Shown: positions 9,282 through 17,920 of the stretch, one piece after another
Layout: the number at the start of each line of letters is the position of its first letter
How positions within the stretch are numbered: the stretch's first letter is position 1
Assembly: GCA_046595315.1 (NCBI GenBank)
Contig: JBKJOZ010000377.1
Location: forward strand, 1-55,287
Source of the DNA: Limisphaerales bacterium
GTDB lineage: Bacteria > Verrucomicrobiota > Verrucomicrobiia > Limisphaerales > CANJXF01
DNA: 55,287 nucleotides
Direction: 5' to 3'
Made by a program: the position numbers and the translations under genes
Notes under the pieces: model-generated
What the model saw: the letters and a program-made list of their open reading frames with translations, nothing else
Told to the model about the DNA's origin: nothing
Database searches by the model: none

Positions 9282-10604
9282 GTGCCTATGTTACAACTCC
9301 CAAAAGTCGGCTTAGGCTCAGCGAAACTTTTCAAGCTGCTGAACGAGGCAAAAAAGTCGGATGCGAATTGGAAAAACGGCCGGACCTGGAGCCTTGTTTA
9401 CCATGCTGGAGAAAAACATACGCAGCAGTTACTCGACGTTTACAAAATATTCTTTGCGGCAAACGGATTGAGCCCTGCGGCGTTTCCCAGTTTGGGTCGA
9501 TTTGAAAAAGAAGTCGTCAAAATCATGGCCGGTCTTTTGGGCGGGGGCGATCAAGCAGCCGGCACCATGACTTCCGGCGGAACGGAAAGCATTCTGTTGG
9601 CGGTAAAAGCTCACCGAGATTGGTTTCGCAAAAAAAATTCAAAACTTCGTCGGGTGCAAATCGTGATTCCGGCCAGCGCACATCCGGCGTTTTACAAAGC
9701 AGCCCATTATTTTGATTTGGAACCGGTGACGGTGGATTTGAATTCCGCATTCCGACTTGAAGCAAACGAGGTGGCCAATGCGATTACGAAAAATACCGCG
9801 CTCATTGTTGCCTCGGCTCCGTCCTATCCTTACGGAATGGTTGATCCAATTGGGGAACTGGGCGCCCTCGCCCAGCGCCGTAAAATCGGCTTGCACGTCG
9901 ATGCTTGTTTGGGCGGCGCCTTTTTGCCGTTCATGAAAAAACTTGGGCACGCCGTGCCGAAGTTTGATTTTTCTGTCCCCGGTGTTACTTCAATTTCGGC
10001 GGATCTCCATAAATACGGTTTCGCCACCAAGGGAACTTCAGTGGTTCTCTATCGCGATTCTGCGCTCCGACGATTCCAATTTTTTGCCAAGCCAGATTGG
10101 CTCGGTGGCGCCTACGCTTCACCGGCAATGCTTGGAACGCGACCCGGCGGCGGTATCGCCTCAGCATGGGCCAGCCTGATGCTGCTCGGTGAAAATGGCT
10201 ACCTCCAGCTCGTAAAGAAAACATTGAAGCTGCGTGCACAATTATTTGCCGGAATCAAAATTGCAGGATTTAAAATCGTCGGCCAACCCGACATGAGTGT
10301 ATTTTGTTTTACTTCAGATCATTTCGACATTTTCTCCGTCGCCGAGAAACTGGAAAAAAAAGGCTGGCGGATTGATCGTCAGAAAAGTCCGCCTTCGATT
10401 CACATGATTGTAACGCAAAATCATGAAAAATCGGTGAGTGAATTTCTTTGCGACCTGAAAGTGATCGCTGCGACAGAGCCGAAGCGAGACGCCCGGAAAC
10501 CCATCTCTGCTTCTATTTCACTTTACGGCGTCACCAATAAATTTAGCGCCGGAGCTGATCTGGTGGAATCACTTTATCGCGCCATGGAATCCGTTTACGA
10601 TTGA
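9282..10604 (+). CDS. PLP-dependent enzyme of the sphingosine-1-phosphate lyase / group II decarboxylase family (soluble, no N-terminal TM)
   Basis: 440 aa. The start is GTG 9282 or ATG 9288. It has MTSGGTESILLAVKAHRDW and the PLP-lysine motif SISADLHKYGFATKGTSVVLYR, followed by DWLGGAYASPAMLGTRPGG and KKGWRIDRQKSPPSIHM. From memory these closely parallel SGPL1/Dpl1/StSPL. Confidence 0.8.
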   Translation: MPMLQLPKVGLGSAKLFKLLNEAKKSDANWKNGRTWSLVYHAGEKHTQQLLDVYKIFFAANGLSPAAFPSLGRFEKEVVKIMAGLLGGGDQAAGTMTSGGTESILLAVKAHRDWFRKKNSKLRRVQIVIPASAHPAFYKAAHYFDLEPVTVDLNSAFRLEANEVANAITKNTALIVASAPSYPYGMVDPIGELGALAQRRKIGLHVDACLGGAFLPFMKKLGHAVPKFDFSVPGVTSISADLHKYGFATKGTSVVLYRDSALRRFQFFAKPDWLGGAYASPAMLGTRPGGGIASAWASLMLLGENGYLQLVKKTLKLRAQLFAGIKIAGFKIVGQPDMSVFCFTSDHFDIFSVAEKLEKKGWRIDRQKSPPSIHMIVTQNHEKSVSEFLCDLKVIAATEPKRDARKPISASISLYGVTNKFSAGADLVESLYRAMESVYD

Positions 10605-10625
10605 CCAGCCGATGCACCTATTTCG

Positions 10626-12821
10626 ATGCCACGCGAAACCCCAAAACTTTCCTTGCAACAGCCGGAAAACAATCCGCTAAAAACGTTAGCTGCGTCGCGG
10701 GAAATTTCGTTTTCAGGAATCACTCCGTCTCAGGCAAAACTTTTGGACGCAGCCTTGGCGAAAGCGGAAGTTGGTTTGTGCGGCTACTCAACCGCCCTCT
10801 CGGTTCGCGCCACTCTCGAAGTGGATTTTCAAATCGCTGCTGGGCAAATTATTCTCAGCCCGCGCGCGTTTTTTTCGGTGCCGATTCTTAGTTTGCACTT
10901 GCGGCACGCGATTGAATTAACGCTCTGGTCCGAATTGTGTTCACACCAACTCGATCCAACTCGCTCCCTCGCCATCACCCTTTTGGCTGCGTTCACGACC
11001 ACAAAGTTTTTCCTCCAAATGCCACCGTTCGAACGGCAACAAATGGCGCTGGAAATTCCGGACTGGCTCAAAGAGAGCGCGGAAACTGCGGAGATGCTTT
11101 CGGTTAAACAAATTTTTCAAACATTGGGGACGCATCTCCATTCGTTGTTGGCGCTGCAAGAAACGCAATTGGAAACCTCATCGCCAATTGAAGAAGGGAT
11201 TGCCCTCGCCATGAAATACGCGGGCGTGGCAAATCCGACGGAATTTATTCTCACCCAACAAGGCGATGAACGCCTTTTGATCGACCCCGCGACCGGTCTC
11301 AACAGATACGGCTGCAGCCCGCGTCCGCGCCCGGATGCAATCACATTTTCGTCGTGTACCGCATCGTCCGTTTCCGAATATGCCTATCGTGAAACAGAGC
11401 TGCTGCGGCAGCGGTTGATGCAAACGCTGGCGCACGAAAATCTTTCCGAGCAATACGAAATCGAAATTGAATCCGTGCGAAGCAATTTGCGCGAAGTACT
11501 CAATCTCGATGCACGCGAAACGGAAATTATTTTATGCTCCTCTGGAACCGACGTTGAACTTTACCCTCTGGTTTTGCTTCGCTCGGCCGGGAAAACGCTG
11601 GTGAATATTATTGTAGCGCCGGACGAGGTTGGGACCGGCACTGTCTTGGCGGCGGGAGGGCGGCATTTTAGCTCCCATTCTCCGCTTGGAGTGACCCTGC
11701 GCCAAGGCGAGCCGGTTCTGGATGTAGATGCCAGTTCCATTGAAGTCGTTTCCATTCCGATTCGAAAAAATGGCAGCTCCAGTGTGGCCGAAAAGGAATT
11801 AAAAGAGCTCCTCACCGCCGCCATCACGAAAGCAGCCGAGACGGCTGATAACATTATTCTTCACATTGTTGATAACACCAAAACTGGCGTGGTCGCGCCG
11901 GATACAGATTTCGTTCTTGCACTCAAGAAAACCGTGGGCGAAAAACTTCGCGTGGTGGTTGATGCCTGCCAGTTTCGCCTCGAAAAAAGCAACTTGCATC
12001 GCTACCTCTCACACGGTTTTTGCGTGCTGATTACAGGGTCAAAATTTTTTACAGGCCCCCCTTTTTGCGGTGCGCTCTTGATTCCAGCCCAAGTTCAATC
12101 CACCTCCACCAAGGATCCTTTTCCACGAGGATTCGCCGATTATTTTACGCGTAGCGAAATCCCGCCATCATTGCAATCAAGGTCACAACATCTTTCTTCG
12201 GAATTAAATCTAGGTTTACTTTTCCGCTGGGTCGGCGCGCTCAAAGAAATGAAGTATTTTTACAGCGTTTCTTCACCGCAAAGGACGGAGATTTTGCAGA
12301 TGTTTCGCAGTCAACTGATCGCCAGCATTTCCGCCAACGCAGATTTGCTCCTTCTGGAATGTCCGCCATTGCATCGCTGGGAACACGCGGACCAATCACT
12401 TTGGGATGCGCACCCCACGATTTTTTCCTTTGCCGTCCGAGATCCCAATTCGATGGAAGAAAATCAATGGCTGCAAGTTCGTGAACTGAAAAAAATTTAT
12501 TATTTGCTCAATCGCGATTGCTCTATCCAACTACCAAAATTCGCCTTTGAAAACGAGCGCAGCCTTGCCGCTCAGAAATGTCATATCGGCCAGCCGGTCA
12601 TCATTTCCCGCTGCCCGGGAAATGGCGAATCGGGCGCGTTGCGGATCGCTTGCGGCGCCCGCCTCGTTTACGGAATTACTTACGACGAATCGCTTGGCCT
12701 TACTCCACAAGCTCGATTTCAAAGAGAGTTGACCGATGCCCAAACCGTTCTGGCAAAAATTTCCTTGATTCTAAAATACTGGAGCAATCTGTGCGGAGAC
12801 GGGGCATCCGTGAGAAAATAA
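10626..12821 (+). CDS. Large hypothetical protein with a class-V (NifS/MOCOS-like) PLP-fold core and unassigned ~230-aa N-terminal and ~230-aa C-terminal regions
   Basis: 731 aa. The motif series is ILCSSGTDVELYP ... VVVDACQFRL ... LITGSKFFTGPPFCGALLIP, which matches the SGT-D, DAxQ and S-x-K pattern of class-V aminotransferase folds. No TM segment or signal peptide. Confidence 0.55.
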   Translation: MPRETPKLSLQQPENNPLKTLAASREISFSGITPSQAKLLDAALAKAEVGLCGYSTALSVRATLEVDFQIAAGQIILSPRAFFSVPILSLHLRHAIELTLWSELCSHQLDPTRSLAITLLAAFTTTKFFLQMPPFERQQMALEIPDWLKESAETAEMLSVKQIFQTLGTHLHSLLALQETQLETSSPIEEGIALAMKYAGVANPTEFILTQQGDERLLIDPATGLNRYGCSPRPRPDAITFSSCTASSVSEYAYRETELLRQRLMQTLAHENLSEQYEIEIESVRSNLREVLNLDARETEIILCSSGTDVELYPLVLLRSAGKTLVNIIVAPDEVGTGTVLAAGGRHFSSHSPLGVTLRQGEPVLDVDASSIEVVSIPIRKNGSSSVAEKELKELLTAAITKAAETADNIILHIVDNTKTGVVAPDTDFVLALKKTVGEKLRVVVDACQFRLEKSNLHRYLSHGFCVLITGSKFFTGPPFCGALLIPAQVQSTSTKDPFPRGFADYFTRSEIPPSLQSRSQHLSSELNLGLLFRWVGALKEMKYFYSVSSPQRTEILQMFRSQLIASISANADLLLLECPPLHRWEHADQSLWDAHPTIFSFAVRDPNSMEENQWLQVRELKKIYYLLNRDCSIQLPKFAFENERSLAAQKCHIGQPVIISRCPGNGESGALRIACGARLVYGITYDESLGLTPQARFQRELTDAQTVLAKISLILKYWSNLCGDGASVRK

Positions 12822-12824
12822 TCT

Positions 12825-14003
12825 TTGCCCATGCACGCTTGTTTTATTTGCAACGAATATCCGCCTGCGCCCCACGGTGGCACCGGTTCCTCCTATCGCG
12901 ATTTGGCGGAGGGACTTGTTGCCGCTGGACATCAGGCAACCGTCGTCGGCGTTTATGCCAAAAAAAACGGCGGCGGCAGTGAGGAAAAATTAAATGGCGT
13001 GCGCGTGGTTCGGCTTGTTCCTTCGCCAACTTTATTACGCTACAAACTGGGCGCATTAACGGACCGTTATCGTATCTCCCGCTGGCTGGATTGCGAAAAT
13101 AAAAGGACGCCCTTCGATGTGATTGAGGCATCCGACTACGATGGCTGGTTGCGTTTTGGCGGGCCAAAAAATGTTGCGACCGTAGTGCGAATCAGAGGTT
13201 CAAATTATTTTTTTGACACGGAATTACAGCGTCCGGGCAATGCTTTTGAACACAATCTGGAGCGCGAAGCGTTGGCGCGGGCCCATGTCATTGGAGCTGT
13301 TTCACGTTACGCGGCAAAGCAAACGCTGGAGATTTGTAAACTCGCACATCGCCCTTGCACGATTCTTTACAACGCGGTGGACACAGAGCTTTTTTCCCCG
13401 AGCGATGCGGTGAAGATCGAACCGGGGTTGATCATTTTCGTTAATTACATCAATCCAAAAAAAGGAATTGAACAACTGATCGACGCGATGAATATCGTTT
13501 GCCAGTCGCATTCTGAAGCAAAACTTGTCGCAGTTGGACAAGACACGCAAAAGCCAGAGAACGGAAAAACTTATTTGGAAAAATTGAAACAACGAATTCG
13601 CCCCGAATTTCGTGAACGAATTATTTTCACTGGTCGCCTTGATCGCTACAAAGGCGTCGTCGAACAACTTCGTCGCGCTCATATCTGTTGTTATCCATCG
13701 CATATGGAAACATTTGGCATCGCCCCCCTTGAAGCGATGTCGGTGGGCAAGCCGACGATTTTTTCCAAAACCGGGCCAGGGCCGGAAATCATTGAGGACG
13801 GAATTTCCGGTTTGCTTTGCGATCCCCGTTCACCCGAAGACATCGCCGCGAAAATAATGGTTTTGCTCAAGGACGCGCCGCTCGCCAAAATGATGGGCGC
13901 CAACGCCCGGCAAAGAGTTGAAGCGCACTTCGGGAAAAAGGATTGGGTGCGTCGGAACCTGGAATTTTATCACAACTGCGTAACGAACTTGAAAAAGACG
14001 TAG
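12825..14003 (+). CDS. Glycosyltransferase family 4 (GT-B, retaining type)
   Basis: 392 aa. The start is TTG 12825 or ATG 12831. The E-x7-E region reads CYPSHMETFGIAPLEAMSVGKPTIFSKTGPGPEII. Confidence 0.85.
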   Translation: MPMHACFICNEYPPAPHGGTGSSYRDLAEGLVAAGHQATVVGVYAKKNGGGSEEKLNGVRVVRLVPSPTLLRYKLGALTDRYRISRWLDCENKRTPFDVIEASDYDGWLRFGGPKNVATVVRIRGSNYFFDTELQRPGNAFEHNLEREALARAHVIGAVSRYAAKQTLEICKLAHRPCTILYNAVDTELFSPSDAVKIEPGLIIFVNYINPKKGIEQLIDAMNIVCQSHSEAKLVAVGQDTQKPENGKTYLEKLKQRIRPEFRERIIFTGRLDRYKGVVEQLRRAHICCYPSHMETFGIAPLEAMSVGKPTIFSKTGPGPEIIEDGISGLLCDPRSPEDIAAKIMVLLKDAPLAKMMGANARQRVEAHFGKKDWVRRNLEFYHNCVTNLKKT

Positions 14004-14006
14004 GCC

Positions 14007-15503
14007 ATGCTTTTCAATTCATACGTTTTTATTTTCCTGTTCCTGCCCATGTCATTGCTCGTTTTCTTTCAACTGGGCAAACGCGGTTACTATCGGGCTG
14101 CCATCGGTTCGGTGGTTTTGTTCTCGTTCTTTTTCTACGGCTGGTGGGATCCGCGTTATCTGTGGCTGATCGCCGGATCGATGATTTTTAACTACGCCGC
14201 CGGAGTTCGTCTCAGTCTTGGCGCAAAAAGTTTCAAAGCCAAAACTGTCCTGACTCTTTCCGTGGCGGTTAACCTCGCTCTGCTGGGCTATTACAAATAC
14301 GCAAATTTCTTTGTCGAGAATTTGAATACTCTTTCCGGCACTTCGTTTCATCTTCAACAAATTATTCTGCCACTGGGCATTTCCTTTTTTACTTTTACGC
14401 AAATCGCTTATCTCGTGGACGCGTATCGTGGCGAAACGAAGGAATACAACCTTCTGGATTATGGCTTGTTCGTGGTTTTTTTCCCTCACCTGATTGCCGG
14501 CCCCATCATTCATCACAAAGACATCATCCCGCAATTTGAGGATAAAAAAATCTTCCAACCCGATTGGAGTCATCTCTCCACTGGCATTTCCATTTTCGTC
14601 ATTGGGTTGTATAAAAAAGTTGTTCTCGCCGATACGATGGCGGTCTTTGCCAGCCCGATTTTTATCGCGGCAAACAGAGGGGACGCATTGCATTTTTACG
14701 GTTCGTGGGGCGGAGCCTTGGCCTACACGCTACAAATCTATTTCGATTTTTCAGGCTATTCCGACATGGCCATCGGGCTGGCCAGAATGTTCGGCGTCCT
14801 GTTTCCGATCAACTTTCATTCGCCCTATAAAGCAGTAAATATTGTGGAGTTCTGGCGGCGCTGGCACATGACGCTCTCCCGATTTTTGCGTGATTACCTG
14901 TATATTTCCCTTGGCGGAAATCGCTCAGGAAATTTGCGGCGCTATTTCAATATCTTTATCACCATGTTGCTCGGTGGAATCTGGCATGGTGCCGGGTGGA
15001 CATTTGTGGTGTGGGGCGCGCTCCATGGCATTTATCTGATCGGCAATCACGCTTGGCACCATTCGCGCCGTATGCTTGGACAAGATCCAAACCAAAGCAC
15101 GAAATTCGGGAGAGCCGTGTCGATTTTGCTCACCTTCATCTTCGTTGTGATTGGCTGGATATTTTTCCGCGCTGAAACCTTCCACTCCGCCATACTGATT
15201 TTGAAGGGAATGATTCATTTGCAGGAAATTGCTTTCACCATGACAGAGGTAAAAACCGCTTATCACCAAATCCTCTGGACTTGGGGACTCCTCGCCGTTG
15301 TCTGGTTTTTGCCCAACACCCAACAAATTATGGCCCGTTTCCAACCGGCATTGGATTTTCCTGCAAAAGGCAAATCCCTTCCCATGCCCAATCGAATCGC
15401 CTGGCAGCCGAACTTTATTTGGGCGCTTTTCATCTCGTTCGCATTTCTGGTCGCGGTGATGCACCTGTCTCAAATCACAGAATTCCTATATTTTCAATTT
15501 TGA
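14007..15503 (+). CDS. MBOAT family membrane O-acyltransferase (AlgI/DltB-like)
   Basis: 498 aa and polytopic. MBOAT-typical segments include FSGYSDMAIGLARMFG, FWRRWHMTLSRFLRDYLYISLGGNR and the conserved His region GGIWHGAGWTFVVWG. Confidence 0.9.
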   Translation: MLFNSYVFIFLFLPMSLLVFFQLGKRGYYRAAIGSVVLFSFFFYGWWDPRYLWLIAGSMIFNYAAGVRLSLGAKSFKAKTVLTLSVAVNLALLGYYKYANFFVENLNTLSGTSFHLQQIILPLGISFFTFTQIAYLVDAYRGETKEYNLLDYGLFVVFFPHLIAGPIIHHKDIIPQFEDKKIFQPDWSHLSTGISIFVIGLYKKVVLADTMAVFASPIFIAANRGDALHFYGSWGGALAYTLQIYFDFSGYSDMAIGLARMFGVLFPINFHSPYKAVNIVEFWRRWHMTLSRFLRDYLYISLGGNRSGNLRRYFNIFITMLLGGIWHGAGWTFVVWGALHGIYLIGNHAWHHSRRMLGQDPNQSTKFGRAVSILLTFIFVVIGWIFFRAETFHSAILILKGMIHLQEIAFTMTEVKTAYHQILWTWGLLAVVWFLPNTQQIMARFQPALDFPAKGKSLPMPNRIAWQPNFIWALFISFAFLVAVMHLSQITEFLYFQF

Positions 15504-15510
15504 TGTTCCG

Positions 15511-16653
15511 ATGAGCAACGCAAAAGATTTCGAACCGGGGGCCAACGGACTGATGGAGTCAACACAGGCTTCAGCCAAAAATATTTACCGAAAATATTTG
15601 AGCGTATTTTTCAGCGTATTCGCCGTGCTTTCGGTAATTTTGGTCGCGGTTAATTGGTGGATCGATCCGCTTCAGTTTTATCGTCGCGCCGCCTATCCGC
15701 CCTATCTCAGCGGCCAGAAAAGGTTTCAAAATCCCGGCCTCGCTAAACATTACGATTACAATGCAGTGGTGATCGGAACGTCTTTGTCGGAAAATTTTCG
15801 CGCTAAACTCATCAAAGAAAAACTCGGTTTCGATTCCATCAACTTTTCCATGCAGGGCGCTTCCGCCCACGAGCAATCATTGATGCTGCAGCTCGCATTG
15901 CAGACCGGTAAAGTTAAAAATGTTGTTTGGGATGTGCAGTATGAATATTTACGAGGCGATCCAAAGTGGGTGGCCAATTACGATGGAACTTTTCCCTATT
16001 ATTTTTACGACAACAACCCATTTAATGAGATTCATAATTATCTGCTGAACATTGATACGACCAAGAGCAGTTTGAAAATTCTTTTGAAAAGAATCGGTCT
16101 GCACACCTACCAGAGCCAAGACCTGGAAATGCTCTACACGTGGGACACAAAAAAGAAATTTGGCAAAGCCAGCGTGCGGAAGGCGTGGGAACGCGCCACA
16201 ATTCTGCGCCCCGCTTTGCGAAAGCAAAGTTCCGAATTTGCATTGGCCAACCTGAACGCGAACTTCGACATCCATTTCCTGAGTCTGATTAAAAAACATC
16301 CCGAAGTGACCTTTTATCTTTATTTTCCTCCGTTCACGCCGGGCTATTACGTCAATCTCATCGCGGTGTCTCCGGTCATTTTTGAAAACATGCTAGAAAA
16401 CAAAAAATATATTTTCAGCCAGGTGCGCGATTTAAAAAATGTTGAGATCTATGATTTTCAAACCCTGCCCGGTATGATTTTAAATGTGGAAAATTTTTGC
16501 GACGCAATGCATTTCAATCCTGCCGTGAGCGAATACATTATTGATTCGATGGCGGCGCGGCGACATTTAGCCGTCTCAACGGACGCGGAAGAACTAAAGG
16601 CCCTGGTCGCCGGCCCAAAAACGTCGGAGTGGATGGAAACAATTTTGCATTGA
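15511..16653 (+). CDS. Membrane-anchored SGNH-like partner of the MBOAT (DltD/AlgX/DUF1574-like)
   Basis: 380 aa with a single N-terminal TM (YLSVFFSVFAVLSVILVAVNWW). It has a candidate nucleophile block VVIGTSLSENF and a C-terminal D-x-x-H block (FCDAMHFNP), placed as in DltD. It begins 8 nt after the MBOAT stop. Confidence 0.5.
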   Translation: MSNAKDFEPGANGLMESTQASAKNIYRKYLSVFFSVFAVLSVILVAVNWWIDPLQFYRRAAYPPYLSGQKRFQNPGLAKHYDYNAVVIGTSLSENFRAKLIKEKLGFDSINFSMQGASAHEQSLMLQLALQTGKVKNVVWDVQYEYLRGDPKWVANYDGTFPYYFYDNNPFNEIHNYLLNIDTTKSSLKILLKRIGLHTYQSQDLEMLYTWDTKKKFGKASVRKAWERATILRPALRKQSSEFALANLNANFDIHFLSLIKKHPEVTFYLYFPPFTPGYYVNLIAVSPVIFENMLENKKYIFSQVRDLKNVEIYDFQTLPGMILNVENFCDAMHFNPAVSEYIIDSMAARRHLAVSTDAEELKALVAGPKTSEWMETILH

Positions 16654-16669
16654 CGATTCGTCCTACTGC

Positions 16670-17920
16670 ATGTCGCAAAGACTGAACATACTTTGGCTGA
16701 AAACGGGGCCGCTTCATCCGTTGGATACCGGCGGAAAAATTCGCACTTACAACATGCTGCGGGAATTAAAGAAAAAGCATGAGATAACTTTTCTGGCGCT
16801 TTGTTCCCCGGACACAAATAAAACGGCCCAATCTGATGCCGGGGAATTTTCTCATCGGCAAATCTGGATTCCGTGGAAAGAAACGCCTAAACGCAGTCTC
16901 CGTTTTTTTCTAAACCTGGCCGGCAATTTGTTTGCCAGCGGGCCTTACGTGATTCAGAAATATTTTTCGCGGGCCATGTCTGGAAAAATTCGGGAACTCG
17001 ACGCCAGCGGGCAATTCGATCTTATTGTTTGTGATTTTTTGACACCCGCCGTAAATCTTTTCGCGCGAAATCATAAAAACAAAACGCCCACGTTATTATT
17101 TCAACACAATGTTGAATCTTTGATCTGGAAACGGCTTTTTGAAAATGGCGGGGGATTTTTGAAGCGCGCCTACTTCAAAATCCAGTGGAAACGGATGGAA
17201 AAGTTTGAGCGGGAGACTTGCGCCCGGTGCAATGCGGTGGTGGGCGTTTCTGAGGACGATTGCAAGATTCTTCAAGCTCAATTTAATCTAAAAAACATAC
17301 TCGGAGCTGTTCCGACGGGGGTGGATCTTTCCTTTTTTAGTCCTCCCATTCATCCGAGAAAATCATGCTCGCTGGTTTTTCTTGGATCGATGGATTGGAT
17401 GCCGAACATTGATGCGATCTGCTATTTCGCGGAAACAATTTTTCCAAAAATTAAGAAAGAGTTTCCCGCCTCAACCCTTCGCGTCGTCGGTAGAAATCCT
17501 GTGCCACGCGTCAAAAATTTGGAAAAAGCCCACACCGGAATTTCTGTCACTGGAACTGTGGCCGATGTTCGTCCCTATTTAGCTGAGGCTGAAGTGATGA
17601 TCGTCCCTCTTCGTGTCGGCGGCGGGACTCGTATTAAGATTTATGAAGGAATGGCCACAGGGATTCCCATTGTTTCCTCAACTATCGGAGCGGAGGGGTT
17701 GCCGGTCGCTCACGGTGAAAACATTTTTTTGGCGGATTCGCCTGAAGATTTTGCACAGCAGATTTGCCAATTGTTCGCCAACCCAAGACTGGGAAAAAGC
17801 GTGGGACATAATGGTCGCACTCTTGTTCAGCGCCAATTCGGATGGGAATCCGTGACAAAAGTTTTTGAACGCTATTGCCTCGAAGTGAGCGACGGGGGTG
17901 GTAATTTAAGTTCGGGCTAA
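16670..17920 (+). CDS. Glycosyltransferase family 4, resembling the PEP-CTERM/EpsH1-system-associated 'stp1' type (TIGR03087, from memory)
   Basis: 416 aa. The N-terminus is ILWLKTGPLHPLDTGGKIRTYNMLRELKKKHEITFLAL. It also has FLGSMDWMPNIDAICYF and VPLRVGGGTRIKIYEGMATGIPIVSSTIGAEGL. It is a paralogue of the gene at 50589-51830. Confidence 0.85.
   Translation: MSQRLNILWLKTGPLHPLDTGGKIRTYNMLRELKKKHEITFLALCSPDTNKTAQSDAGEFSHRQIWIPWKETPKRSLRFFLNLAGNLFASGPYVIQKYFSRAMSGKIRELDASGQFDLIVCDFLTPAVNLFARNHKNKTPTLLFQHNVESLIWKRLFENGGGFLKRAYFKIQWKRMEKFERETCARCNAVVGVSEDDCKILQAQFNLKNILGAVPTGVDLSFFSPPIHPRKSCSLVFLGSMDWMPNIDAICYFAETIFPKIKKEFPASTLRVVGRNPVPRVKNLEKAHTGISVTGTVADVRPYLAEAEVMIVPLRVGGGTRIKIYEGMATGIPIVSSTIGAEGLPVAHGENIFLADSPEDFAQQICQLFANPRLGKSVGHNGRTLVQRQFGWESVTKVFERYCLEVSDGGGNLSSG

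Noticed and set aside
14052-14693. A 213-aa ORF antisense to the MBOAT gene. Similar antisense ORFs lie at 36420-36872, 37215-37790 and 45082-45636.
   Set aside because: These are shadow ORFs opposite well-supported genes, and none has a recognisable domain.
17917-17920. Convergent operons whose stop codons overlap: TAA of the + strand GT4 at 17918-17920 and TAG of the - strand PGT at 17917-19. bcp and asnB are likewise convergent with only a 3-nt gap (2835-2837).
   Set aside because: The observation is real and implies there are no intrinsic terminators between convergent units. It is a sign of genome compaction rather than a discrete functional element I can support.
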